The notes under the pieces are model-generated. The model was not told the origin of the DNA, made no database searches, and worked only from the letters and a program-made list of their open reading frames with translations. From Callorhinchus milii (taxonomy: Eukaryota), in NCBI RefSeq assembly GCF_018977255.1, contig NW_024704743.1:14262001-14326000 (forward strand): a DNA stretch of 64,000 bases, in the 5' to 3' direction. How positions within the stretch are numbered: the stretch's first letter is position 1; every line of letters starts with the position of its first letter. A program made the position numbers and the translations under genes. Below are positions 27,036 to 38,889 of this stretch, one piece after another.

Positions 27036-28280
27036 ATGGAGGATCCCACATCCAGCAGAGAGAAGAGACCTTCAGTATGGGAAGGATTTGAACCCACAAG
27101 CTACCCAGTGCTCCGGTAATGTGGCTTTTTAAAGCAATATCAATTTCAGTTGTGTGAGATGATGAGACAATTTATTAACTGTTTCTTTTAAGTAAACAAT
27201 ATATCTGTCATGAAAAACACACAAAGGTCACCAGGAATAACATAAAAATCTGATAATTCTCAGAGCTAAGATTTGCTTTTATTGTTTAATGCAACTTTGC
27301 ATTAATTCACTGCAATATTAGGAATTCTATTCATTGTGTCAATCTTGGTAGAGACAGCTGCCTGAGCAGCTATTTAACAGCAGAGAGTTTAAATGCTGTT
27401 ATTTATCTTCTGGGCTTCACAGTCAGTGCTGTGGGGCATTTCTAATTGATGGTCTGCCCTTGTGTTCCTGCATCAAACCCATAATGATTAATGAGATTAC
27501 TGTGCTCATATTATGACTTTAGAACACATGACATTTATCTAAAGTGGCTGAACCAGACATTTATAACAATTCCCTTGCGTAGACAAAATGAATACAGGTT
27601 TATCTGCACGTAGAAGGAATGTTAATCATTCCCCACTGTCTCCCATTATTGGCTGAATGTCAGTAAAACAATGGTCACCCTTGACCCTGGACCAGCTCTG
27701 CATTGGATAGAATGAAATGCAGGCGTGAAATGTGCAGGTTTTCATGAATGTATTCAGTGTGATAATTCCCAGATAGAATGCAAGAATGAGACAAGGGAAA
27801 TTTCGCCCTACAATCTGTGCAGCAGTGAAACAAGCTGAATATTTGCCGGTCATTAAGTCACCAATGCTTTTCCCTGCTTTTCAACACGTCCTCCCGATGT
27901 AAAAAGCGCTATATCAAATGCAAGGATTATTATTAAGATCTCAGTACAATGTACTGGAGACATTTCCATGAGGATGGTTCTTCTTGGCACTTGAGGATTA
28001 AGCAACTAAACTAAATCCTGCATGGATTGGCTTGCTGTGAAAGTGGCTGCTTTTTGAAGCAATCACGTATTGTAGCTCACCTGATTGAGTGTACATTTCC
28101 GTGCTATTCATCAGCAGAGATCTGTAGGGCATCAGAATCAGATTACATTTCTCACACAGCAGTAAAGCTAAGCGTCAGTGTGAAATGACACTCTTCCATT
28201 ACCTTTGGCACAAAGCAATGGAGATTATGCGGCAGAATCTATTGTTCATTTCTGAGTTTTGAGCTAGGGGGTCCAGCTTC

Positions 28281-28410
28281 GAATCTGACAAAGGGTCATG
28301 GACCCAAAACGTTGACTCACTTTCGTTTCTCCATAGATGCTGCCTGACCTTCTGAGTGTTCCAGCGACTTCTGTTTTTGTTTCAGATTTCCAGTATCTTC
28401 AGTATTTTGC
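28281..28410 (+). mobile_element. Partial copy of the same hammerhead-bearing element, core decayed
   Basis: CTGACAA-A-GGGTC-atg-GACCC-AAAACGTT followed by tctccatagatgctgcctgacct...tttgtttcagattt, shared with 38.5-38.9 kb. Confidence 0.7.
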
Positions 28411-29134
28411 GTTATGTCAAGCTTGGATCAGTTGGCCATCTGTCTCTTATCACAATTCTATCTGTAATTTAATCCTGAAATGCATCACAGCAGCATTTTC
28501 ACATGCTGCTGTCAGTGGCCTTCATTAAGCATGGACTTTGAGCAAACTAAAATATTCAGACATGTTGAAAAATGCCAGTTGGAAATCCTGCTGTTGACAG
28601 ATCTCAAGAGTCATAATGAGGTCAAGGCCTGAAACAGTGTCCAAAATGTAATACGTTTTAGCTTCACAGTAAATACTGTTAAATATAATTAGTTTATTTG
28701 TATACAAATACAAAGGCTAATTTGTACATAGCAATGACCAACACAACAACCAAGAGGTGATGATCAATCAACAAAATGTGTTGGCCAGGAAGGCTGTCTC
28801 GGTTTAAATAGTATCTCGAGTTCCTTAAGGTCCACCTAAGCAAGTGCTGGTACTTAAGACCACTAGTATATAAGTGGCCCAACATTAAACTGAAATCAAG
28901 CTATGAAGTTTGTCGCAGTTGGTAGCCCTCTCTCACTTATGGTGTTAGAGCATTGTGGGTTCAAGCAGCATGCCAGGACCTGGAGTCATTACCTACATTG
29001 ACACAGACATGCCATCATTTAAGTGAGATACGCATCAATCAGAAGATGTCAGCCTCATTTAGTTGGTAGGCTTCTCACTTAGTTGGAGAGGTTCAACTCT
29101 CTAATCCTGGATAAGAGCCAATTTTCTACAGCTA

Positions 29135-29970
29135 AATATCAGCAAGACCAAAGCTCTCCTGATTGGCTCACGCCAGTGCCTCCGCACCTCAAGCGCTTGC
29201 AGCATCAGGCATGGATAATGGGGGAGAAAGGACAGTTAAATGCACATTCCACCTCACCAAGCCAGTCAGGAACCTGGGCATCTTGTTCGACCCTCAACTG
29301 TCCTTTCTCCTCCATATCCGTGCCATGATCTACTCTGCCTTGTCCCACCTCCGCAACATTGCCTGACTCCACCACCGCCTCACCCCTCAGGCCACCGAAA
29401 CCCTCATTCACGCATTTGTCACCTCAACTACGGAAACTCCCTCCTTGTTGGCCTCCCCAACACCACAAGCTGCAAATCATCCAGAACTCTGCAGCCCAAG
29501 TCCTGTCCCTCACCAAGCTCCTGACCCCATCATCCCCACGCTTGCCCAGCTCCACTGGCTCTCCATGTCTCAGAGGATAGAATCAAAATCCTCGTCCTCA
29601 CTTTCAAGGCTCTCCCCGGGTTTGCCCCTCCTACCTCTCTAACCTACTGACCCCCTATCAATCTGTCCGCTCCCTCCGTTCAGCAGGCTCCAGCCTGCTC
29701 CAGGTCTCCTGCCCGACCCACCCTATCATCAGCGGCTGGGCTTGCAGCCTCTCTGCCCCCATCCTTTGGAACTCCATCCCACAGTCCCTTCACCTTGCTC
29801 CCTCCCTTGCCTCCTTCAAGGCACAACCCAAGACGCTCCTTTTCGACCGCGCCATCAGCCACCCTCCTACCTCTCTGTCCTCCCTCATCCCAACCTTGCA
29901 CCCCCACGCTCGGGTCCTGATCCCCGACTGTTCAGCGCCTTGGGACATCTGTTGTTGTTGTTGTTGTTGT
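29135..29970 (+). mobile_element. 5'-truncated L2
   Basis: [19 protein letters not shown] peptide; (GTT)n tail. Confidence 0.88.
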
Positions 29971-30084
29971 TCTAGCTCCACGGGACTTTGAACTGATAAC
30001 TTCCCCTGGCACACCAATGCAGTCCTTCAGATGAGGCATTAAACCTAGGTCTTGTCTCACTGTTGAAAATCCCATTTTATTTGG

Positions 30085-30310
30085 AAAGAGGAGGTTTGCA
30101 GAGGAGATTTAGGGGAATAATTCCAGAGATAAAGGGCTACAGTTATGAGGAAAGAATCGAGAAGCACAGTTTGTTTTCAATGGAGCAGAGAAGGTTGAGG
30201 GGAGACCCGATGAAGGTGTACAAAATCATGAGGGGTTTTAACAGGGTAAATAGGGAGTTATTTCCAATGATAGGGGAGTCAGTGACTAGGGGACATAATT
30301 CTAAGATAGC
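30085..30310 (+). mobile_element. CR1 fragment
   Basis: YSYEERIEKHSLFSMEQRRLRGD. Confidence 0.8.
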
Positions 30311-30671
30311 CACAATTGGCTGCTGTGTTGTTTGCACAGGAGCTTTGAGAGATTATAACCTTCTGAGTGCTTTATCAAATGCAACGATTATTATTAATTA
30401 TTGTTAAAATTAAAAGCCTTCACACTCATATTAAACAAACATAAATGTTCAGTTCACAATAAATGGCAACAAATAATTCTAATTTGTATCAGGTAGTCTG
30501 CTGTTTTAGTAGAAGAGGAGTTCCAGTTTATAAACCAGGTGGAAAATAATCTTCTCTAGAAAGCATGTGTGCGTAGCTAAGAGAAAACATAGTGAAAATG
30601 CAAAGCTTCGGATTAGATTTATGTGGTAGAATGTTTAAATGTTTGAAAAGTAATTGTGATGAGAAACGATG

Positions 30672-33600
30672 ATAACAACAACAAGAAATTACATTTGTAT
30701 AGCGCCTTTCATGTCAGGAGGACGTCCCAAGGAGCTGGACAGTCAGGGATCCGACTCAAGCTGGTGGTTGGGATCAGGAGGGGTGGAGGGTGGGGAGGGG
30801 TGGGGTAGGAGGGTGGCCGAAGGCGCAGCTGAAGATGAGGGTTTTGAGACTGGTTTTGAAGGAAGCAAGGGAGAGGGTGAAGCTGAAGGACTGTGGGATG
30901 GAGTTCCGTAGTGTGGGGGCAGAGATGCTGAAAGCCCGCCTGCAAATGATGAGGCGCGCAAGGCGAGCGACGTGCAAGGAGGGGGACATGTAAGACGGGG
31001 GACGTGAAGCAGGCCAGAGTCCACTGAGTGGAGGGAGCGGACAGATTGGTAGGAGGTCACAGAGGTAGGGGGGAGCAAGCCTGTGGAAGGCTTTGAAGGT
31101 GAGAACCAGGATCTTGAACTTCATCGTGACGGGGAACCAATGGAGCTGGGCAGGGATGGGGGTGATTAGGAAGCGGAGCCTGGTGTGGGAGAGGAAACGG
31201 GTTGCAGAGATCTGGATGAGCTGCAGCCTGTGGAGGGAGGAGTTGGGGAGGCTGTCAAGAGATTGCGTAGTCGATCCTAGATGTGATGAATGTTTGGATG
31301 AGGGTCTCGGCGGCCTGCGATGAAAGACAATGGCAGAGCTGGGCAATGTTGCGGAGGTGGGTAAAGGCAAAACGGGTCATGGCGCGAATGTGGGCGATGA
31401 AGGACAATTGAGAGTTGAACAGGATGCCAAGATTATCTCTTGACTCTGTGAGGTGTAGAGGGCATCCACGAAGGCTGATGCTGTCCATGCCCGAGGTATG
31501 CAGGCACTAACGGGAGCCAAGCAGGAGGGCCTTGGGTTTGTTCAACAGCGTCTCAGAGCGCTTCACAGTAACGGATCCCGGGGCCGAGCCAGGGGGAGGG
31601 GGAGGAAGGTGATCAAAGGCTCAGTCAAAAAGGTCTTCAGCAAGACCTGAAAATAGGAAGAGAGAGTGCGAGGCGAAGGGAGTGAGAAAGGGAGTTCCAG
31701 AGCCTCGGGGTGTAATGGCTGAAGGTAGAGAACTCGAGGGACAAGGAGGAGGCCAGACTCGGTGGAACGAAGGCAACGGGCACTGTTTTGAGGAAAGAGG
31801 AGGTCAGAGAGGTAGAGGGTTGCAGAGGAGTGGAGGAATTTGAATACAAGGGTGAGGATCTTGAAGTTAATCCTCTCTGGGACAGGCAGCCAGTGCAGTC
31901 TGGCAAGGACTGGGGTAATCAGGGAGCGGAGTTTGGTGCGGGTAAGAATGCGGGCGGCAGAGTTTTGTATGACCTGGATTTTATGGATGGTAGTAGAGGG
32001 GAGACCGACGAGGAGGGCATCTGAATAGTCCAGCCGAGAGGTGACAAAGGCATGGACCAGGGTTTCAGTGGATTTTGGAGCAAGGTATTGGCAGAGATGG
32101 GTGATGCGTCGGAGGTGGAAGAAAGTGGTCCTGGTGAGGGACTGGATGTGAGGAAGGAAGGATAATTGGGGGTCGAACCTGACATCCCCAAGAGGGAGCA
32201 TATAGATCAGAAAGAGGAGGGGGCCAATGGATCCTTGGGGTATCCTGCAGGGATGAGAGTGGGAGGAGAAGCCGTTTGTGCAGGTGTACTGCTGGCGGTT
32301 CATGAGGTAGGACCAAAACCAAACGAGAGCGGTCCCACTGAGGTGGATGACGGAGGAAAGGCGGTGGAGGAGGATGGCGTGATCGACTGTGTCGAAAACG
32401 GCAGAGAGATCCAGGAGGACAAGGAGACAGAGGGAGCCCTGGTCACAGATAGAGAGGACGTTGTTTGTGACTTTCACAAACGCAGTCTCTGTACTGTGGG
32501 TAGGGCGGAAACTGGACTGGAAGGATTCGAAGAGGGAATGGGAGGAGAGGTGTGCGCAGAGTTGATTGGCAATAACGCATTCTAGGACTTTTGTGAGGAA
32601 GGGCAGATTAGAGGTAGGGTGGTAGTGGCTGGGGTTTGAGGGATCTAGGGAAGGTTTTTTGAGGAGGGGGGTGATGACAGCAGTTTTGAGAGGGGCAGGG
32701 ACTGGGACTGATCCTGAGAAGAGGGACTGGTTGATGACATCAGCCATTAGTGGGCAGAGGAGAGGGAGTTGGGTGACCATCAAGTTGGTGGGGAGGGGGT
32801 CAAGGCTGAAGGTGGTGGGTTTCATTGAGGTGATGGTGGGTGAGAGGGAGGAGGGAGAGATGGGGAGGAAGGAATGTAGGATGGGGATCGTGGTAGGAGC
32901 TGATGATGGGGAGGGTGAGGGGGAACGGAGAGAGGGTGGTGGTGGGTGACAACAGGCAGGAGGATGAGGCTGCCAGGCAGAGGTTATATATTTTGGAGGA
33001 AAAGAAGTCCATGACCTCCTCACACTTGGCATTGGATGTGAAGATTGAGGAGGCCTGAGGGCCGCACGGAGAAGGTAGTGGATGGTGGAAAAAAGGATTT
33101 TAGGATTGTTTTTATCCTCCAAGATGATGTTGGAGCAGAAGGCCGTTTTTGCTCGCATCAACGAACAGCGGTAACTGTGGAAATGCTCGAGCCACAGTTG
33201 GCGGTGAACTGTCAGGCCAATTTTCCACCATCTGCACTCAAGCAGCCGGGTTTGGAGATGGTTGTTGTACCAGGGGTATCGGGTGTTTGGTAATGGTCCT
33301 GGATTTCAGGGGGACGAGGGAGTTAAGGTGGAGGAGAGGCGATCATGGAGCAGCTGGACGGCTGCTTCAGGATCTCCGCGAGTGGAAGACCAGAGGGATA
33401 TTTGATGATGTGAGGGCATTTGTGAGGGTCTCAGGGGGTAGCCTTTTCTATGGGTGGTAGAGGATGGTTGAGGGTTTGGTGGAGGAGAATGTGAGTGGAG
33501 AAGGAGATGAGGAAGTGATCTTGTCCACTATGCTAAGGTTGGAAATGTCAAGGCCGTGGGTGATGACGAGATCGAGGGCATGGCCACGGTTGTGGGTCAG

Positions 33601-34516
33601 TGAATTAATGTGAAGGGTGAGGTTTAGGGAGGAGAGGAGGGCAGTGAAGTCAGAAGAAGTGGTGCAAGGGGAGTTTAGGTGGAGGTTGAAATCGCCCATT
33701 ATGAGCAGGCTTTCGGAGCAGAGGGACAGGGAAGAGAGGAGAGTAGAGATTTCAGAGAGGACGAAGACAGGGGGCTTAGGGCGCGATAGACCAGGAGGAT
33801 TTTCTGTGGGAGAGAGGGATGTAAGAGGGTGAGGTGCTCGAAGAAGGGGAAGCAGCCAAAGGAATAGGGGGTAAGGCCAAGGGAGGCTTTGGAGAGCAGG
33901 GCCACCCTGCCGCCACGTTCATATTCAACTGGGGGAGCAGTGGTCCTGGAGTCGAGGGTGGAGGCGGAGAGGTAGAGTTGGGTGTCATCCACATCCATCT
34001 GGAAGTTGACCCCATGTCTACGGATGATGTCACCAAGAGGGAGAATGTAGATTTTGAAGAGAGGAGAAAGGACAGAGCCTTGAGGGATGCCACACGTGAT
34101 GATGCAGGGATGGAGGAGAAGCTGTTAATGGAGACAAAGTGGAGATTGTGGGAGAAGTAGGATTTGAACCAGGCACGGGCAGGTCCGTGAAGGTTGAGCT
34201 GAGCGGAGAGGCGGTGGAGGAGGATAAGTCGGTCGACAGTATCAAAGGCAGCAGAGGTCGAGGAGAACAAGGAGGCAGAGAGAGCCCTGGTCGTAGATGT
34301 TCAGAATGTCATTAGTGACTTTCACCAGGGCTGTTTCTGTTCTGTGGGCAGCACGGAAATCCGATTGGAGGGGTTCAAAGAGGGAATTGCAAGAGAGGAA
34401 AGAGCGAAGCTGGGGCACGCCAATTCGTTCCAGGGCCTTGGAGAAGAAAGGGAGGTTGGAGATGGGGCGATAGCTGGAGACTAGTGATGGGTCCAGGGAA
34501 GGTTTTTTGAAGACCA
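30672..34516 (-). mobile_element. L2 subfamily A (30672-31544 + 33917-34516) interrupted by long L2 subfamily B
   Basis: Outer pieces collinear; gttca duplicated at 31540-31544 and 33917-33921. Confidence 0.82.
31545..33916 (-). mobile_element. Long L2 subfamily B (APE part + RT with YADD region deleted)
   Basis: 532-aa chimeric ORF 31563-33161; strongly similar to 9200-10620 and 12292-13450. Confidence 0.92.
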
Positions 34517-34789
34517 AGGGGACATAATTAGACTGCTTGTCAAGAATTCACCACTATAAACCTAGACTATAATGCAATGGATTACACATAAATCAAAACA
34601 GTTGATGTTGTGTTAATTAATTTCATCAAAAAGAATTGATAAATTGTGTCTAATTTGCAGGTGTGTTAATCATATGAAAATTCAATGTTTTCACGTGCCT
34701 GTAATTGTATAATTAACAACCAATGTGATCGTTTCATTGATTGTTAACTTTTATTCATATATGATGTGCTGAACCTATGCCCATTTAAG

Positions 34790-35065
34790 GGCAGACCTAA
34801 TAAAAGTTTTTACTGGTTGGGAATCTAAAAGGGTACTTAGGAGGAACTACTTCATGCAGAGATTTGTGAGATTGTGAAGCTCACTGCCTGAAGCTCTGGT
34901 TGAATGCATTCAAGAGTAAGCTAGACCTTCACATGAGGGAGAGGGGAATGGAATAGAAGGGTAGAGGAGGGAGTAAGGAATGGAGTCTCGTGTGGAGGAC
35001 AAACACCGGCACGGACTGATGGGGTCCTGTTTCTGTACTTTACATTCTTTGTAAATCTTTGTAAA
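34790..35065 (+). mobile_element. CR1 3' end
   Basis: aggaggaactacttcatgcagag..., aaacaccggcacggactgatggg. Confidence 0.7.
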
Positions 35066-35574
35066 CATATCTAAGTAGTATTAGTGTTAATTAAAGTAGT
35101 GTTTTCCCAGCCTGCCTTTAATAATCCTTGGTATTTGGTCTAGCGCCTTTCACATCTGGAGTCCAGCCCAAAGTGCTTCATAGAATCTACTGTTAAGTGC
35201 AGTGAATATTTGTTTGGTGGGTGAATGGACACAGAATGGGCTTCTTTGGACAAGAGGGCACAGTTTTATGTTGGAAAAGATAGCTTTAGGGCAGACATTT
35301 TGGTAGTAGAAGCCAACCCTCTGGCCTACAAGCAACAACTGCAATGCTGTAATGGAAAGATCTCGTAGTATCAGACCATAAGTGCAGAAATACCTTCATT
35401 TGAACCTCTCTTGTGATCTTGTGAAGCCTCTCGTTTTCATAAAAATAATAATTCTGCATTTGATATAATGCCTTATCATGTCTTCGAGACGTCGCAAAGC
35501 ACTTCACATAATATACTGTAAAGTATATAAAGTCGGCGAAATGCGCCGACAAAATATACTCCTTATGGAACAAA

Positions 35575-35990
35575 GGGAATAAAGTGCTTCATAGGATTTA
35601 CTGCAAAGTGTATATGTGTATTTTGTAGGCAAACACAGCAACCAAATTGCACACAGCAAATAACCATTAAGTGAATGATCAATTTCATCTGGGGGAGTGT
35701 TGGCCAGGACACCAGGAGAAACTCCTATCTTTTTTCGAAAAGTGCCATGGGAACTTTAACTTCCAACTGAACAGGCAAGACGAGAGCACCGTTTAATGCC
35801 TCGTCTGAAGTACGGCACCTCCAACGATGCTACGTTACCCCAGCACTGCAATAGAGAATCAGCCTCATCTGTAAGCTCAAAGTCCTGTCGTGGCAATGTC
35901 CCACAAACAGCCAGGAAGCGAATGATTACTTTTATCTGGGCCAGGATTGATGGTCAGACATTGGGAGAAACTCCCTTCTCCAGGTTTTAC
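35575..35990 (-). mobile_element. DeuSINE body (with SINE tails at ~35120 and ~35385)
   Basis: Deu motifs on the reverse strand. Confidence 0.7.
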
Positions 35991-36310
35991 AAATGGCTTT
36001 GAAGTTCTTTTGTCCTCACTTGTAATATCATTTTATACATAAGGCTCCAGTTACACCTACACTTATTTTTTCATAGTTCAATTGATTGGTTTAAGCTGAA
36101 CTAACCATATTAAGAGGTGCAGGATCTTTAAACAATGACAAAAATAATATACATTTTAGGAAACCCTGGAATTTGATACTTGTCCGCATTTGTAAATACA
36201 TGTGAGGTCTTTGTTATCAATCTCTCATGCAAAGATGCAGTTTTTTGACGAGGTCTACCTTACTTCTACATAAAAGGACTGAATGTTATTAGAAATGTGG
36301 ATTCAAATCA

Positions 36311-36316
36311 TTTATT
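36311..36316 (-). promoter_or_regulatory. Candidate STAC polyadenylation signal AATAAA (3' UTR ~850 nt)
   Basis: AATAAA on the minus strand ~850 nt past the stop, in repeat-free sequence. Confidence 0.45.
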
Positions 36317-37160
36317 TTATAACAGTTAAAAAAATGCAAACCACTATGAACGACAGACACACCTGCATTTCTCTTTACCATAAAACGCTTCAATGAAAGA
36401 AAAGTTAAAAGATACAGTGATAATGATATAAAATATAATTCAAACAGAACACTGAGACCAGTCATAGCATCCAAGAACTCAGAATTGTATGAAGAGCAGG
36501 TGAGCTTGTTCTGTTTTTGTAGATTGAAATTGACAACTATTGTGTTGCTTAGTTGGATATTTTGGACCACGTAGGAAGCAGATGAACTCAGACAGGTCCT
36601 GGTTCCAGATACAGTCCAGACACTGAGAAGGCAAACAATTTCAGTTAATCTACGGCACGCTCCAGTCCACACACTGCATGATATTCACACGTTAACACAA
36701 GCAGCAAACGTGCTACAGTAACAGCTGCCATTTGAAAACACATGGTGTAGCGCATAATCTATGATAACACGCAAACTGTTTTTAAATCCTTCTGTTTAGA
36801 GAGGCTTCCTAGCGGATGATGACCAGTAAAATGCAAATGGACGGCATAGTGATTGAAATCACCATTCTTGCCTTTTGGTAGACTTTATAGGGTTGGGATA
36901 TTGCCGAACCCTACATGAAACGATATGGATTACTGATCCATCTCACCAATCTGGGAGAGGCGTTAGAAGGTTTCCAGCATTTCCCCCAGATTTGTGTTTT
37001 CTGGAGAAGTTGTGAAACTCCTCAGTTGCTTTGAAGTTCACTTTTGGCACAATCCGACTGTCCGCATTGGTGCAAAAGACAGTTCATCTTTGTTGACAAC
37101 GTGAGACAAGGATGGCAAGCACCACGACCAGTACCTTCACTGCACACATCAGCTGTAATA

Positions 37161-37259
37161 TCAGATATCAACAAGAATATCAAGTGGCACAAAGCCTTTC
37201 TTCTTCCCACTGCACACCTTGATGAAGCCATTAATCTCCTCACCCTTGTCCACGCAGAT
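37161..37259 (-). CDS. STAC: STAC terminal coding exon, ICVDKGEEINGFIKVCSGKKKGFVPLDILVDI-stop
   Basis: 99 nt, poly-T/gcag acceptor, TGA at 37163-37161; matches STAC1 C-terminus pattern GFIRVLSGKKKGLIPLDVLENI. Confidence 0.96.
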   Translation of the reverse strand: MCVDKGEEINGFIKVCSGKKKGFVPLDILVDI

Positions 37260-37417
37260 CTGCAAAAAAAATAGAAACATGTAAAAGGCTGCATCATGGT
37301 TAGTCTTGTTTTAACAATATCCCAGCATCAAACAATCAGTGAGTTGATTTTCAAGAATTGCGACAGTGAAAAAATACATATGACAATTTTTTACATTGCC
37401 ACGTCACCAAATTAAGT

Positions 37418-37690
37418 TAACAACAACTTGCATTTATATAAATTCAATCAGCGTCTCGGAGCTCTTAACAGTGGCGGAGTCTGATGCCGGCAGTAGGTGA
37501 CCATAAGGTCGTTACGAAGAGGAAGGTCTTTAGTCGTGATCTAAAAGAGGGGAAGGGGAGGCAAGATGGAGAAATTGAGGGAGAGGTTTCCAACTCTTCA
37601 GGGTTAGTGGCTGAAAGTGTGGCCGCCGATGGTTGAATGGAGGGAACGAGGGACTATCAGGAGGCTAGAGTTAGCCGAGGGGAGGCAGGA
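37418..37690 (-). mobile_element. Old L2 3' end
   Basis: caacaacttgcatttata tail; G-rich L2 antisense body. Confidence 0.7.
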
Positions 37691-38490
37691 TTAATAAATT
37701 AAACGATTAATTACGAGTAACTCTGGGCCAGCATCAGACAGTCGAACACACACTGATCTTGGGTTTTGTGCTGGTACAGCCAATTTATATCTTGGAGATG
37801 TAGTATAGTCGATACATTTTTCTGAAGTGACCCAATATCTTATTTCCTATGTCTTGCAGTGTGAAGGCCATGTACAGTTTAGGCCTTGTACGATTTATCC
37901 AATATCAAATTTATTGCAGTTCACAGATAACCAAATACCATTTCTTTCCCGGAATGGGAAGTTCTATTTATGCAATAGGTGTGGCCTTAGAAATGGTTTT
38001 AAAAGGATGTCTATGGCTACATTGTGAGAAAAATGGGCTCCTCTCAGCCCCTACCATAATAGTAGTGTGCATTAAGAAACTTCTTGTCCTTCCTGAAAGC
38101 TAAACCCAATATGTCTCTTTAGAAGAGATATGTTTCTATATCAAGTGCAAACATTTTTATTATTATTATTTTAAAATCTTTACATTTAGAGAAAATTCCA
38201 TCTCTCTTTTCTGTAATTTTTCATTTTATGGATAGTGACATTTAAAACTACACTAATGTTATAGGAATAAAGATACAAATTCTAAGCATCGTAAGGCTGA
38301 GATTATAAAATATTTTACAAGAGATTGAATAAATATTTGAACAAGAACAATTGAAAAAGGTTACAGTGGGGAGAGCAGGGAATTGGGATTATGTACAATT
38401 AGGATTGAGATTGGAGTTAGAGCAGATTGAACTGGGATTAGAGTAGGTAGAATTAGGATTCAAGTAAATAACTCCAGTGGATAAAATAGC

Positions 38491-38889
38491 ACTGGTTTAG
38501 ACCTGCTGAATGTTCCCAGCGATCTCTGTTTTTGTTTCAGATTTCAGGCATCTGCAGTATTTTGCATTTTATTTATGTTTAATTCACTGCCACTTCCCTT
38601 CTAGGAATGCCTACCTTGAAGAAGTTTTGCTCTTCTCTCCGATGTGACTTTTGTTCTTCCCTTTTTACCCTGGTCACCTTCTTTGCTCCTGTCCTTCACC
38701 CCATTTTCTGCTTTGATTTTCTTGCCCCGCCTGCTCTCTCCATTAGGCCTTAAAACCTCTTCCTCCCAACTTCCCCCAGTTCTGACGAAGGGTCGTGGAC
38801 CCGAAACGTTGACCCACTTTCCCTTCTCCATAGATGCTGCCTGACCTGCTGAGTGTTCCCAGCAATCTCTGATTTGTACCAGTTTAGAC
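38491..38889 (+). mobile_element. Small non-coding Penelope/retrozyme-like element with hammerhead core, 29-bp terminal redundancy and ~12-bp TSD
   Basis: Direct repeats 38500-38528 and 38843-38871; flanks actggtttagac / accagtttagac; hammerhead core inside. Confidence 0.75.
38778..38813 (+). ncRNA. Minimal type-I hammerhead ribozyme motif
   Basis: CTGACGA-A-GGGTC-gtg-GACCC-GAAAC-GTT: catalytic core boxes, perfect 5-bp stem II, palindromic AACGTT in place of stem III. Confidence 0.7.

Noticed and set aside
31563..33161. 532-aa ORF as a functional reverse transcriptase or host gene
   Set aside because: L2 relic that wanders between frames and lacks the YADD region
1..36200. Exons of a neighbouring gene (DCLK3 lies 3' of STAC in mammals)
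   Set aside because: No kinase or doublecortin motifs found; small splice-like sites near 17900-17945 lack support
38380..38462. Loosely periodic ggatta/ggattg repeats, array-like
   Set aside because: Degenerate low-complexity expansion in a CR1 3' region; no repeat-spacer regularity
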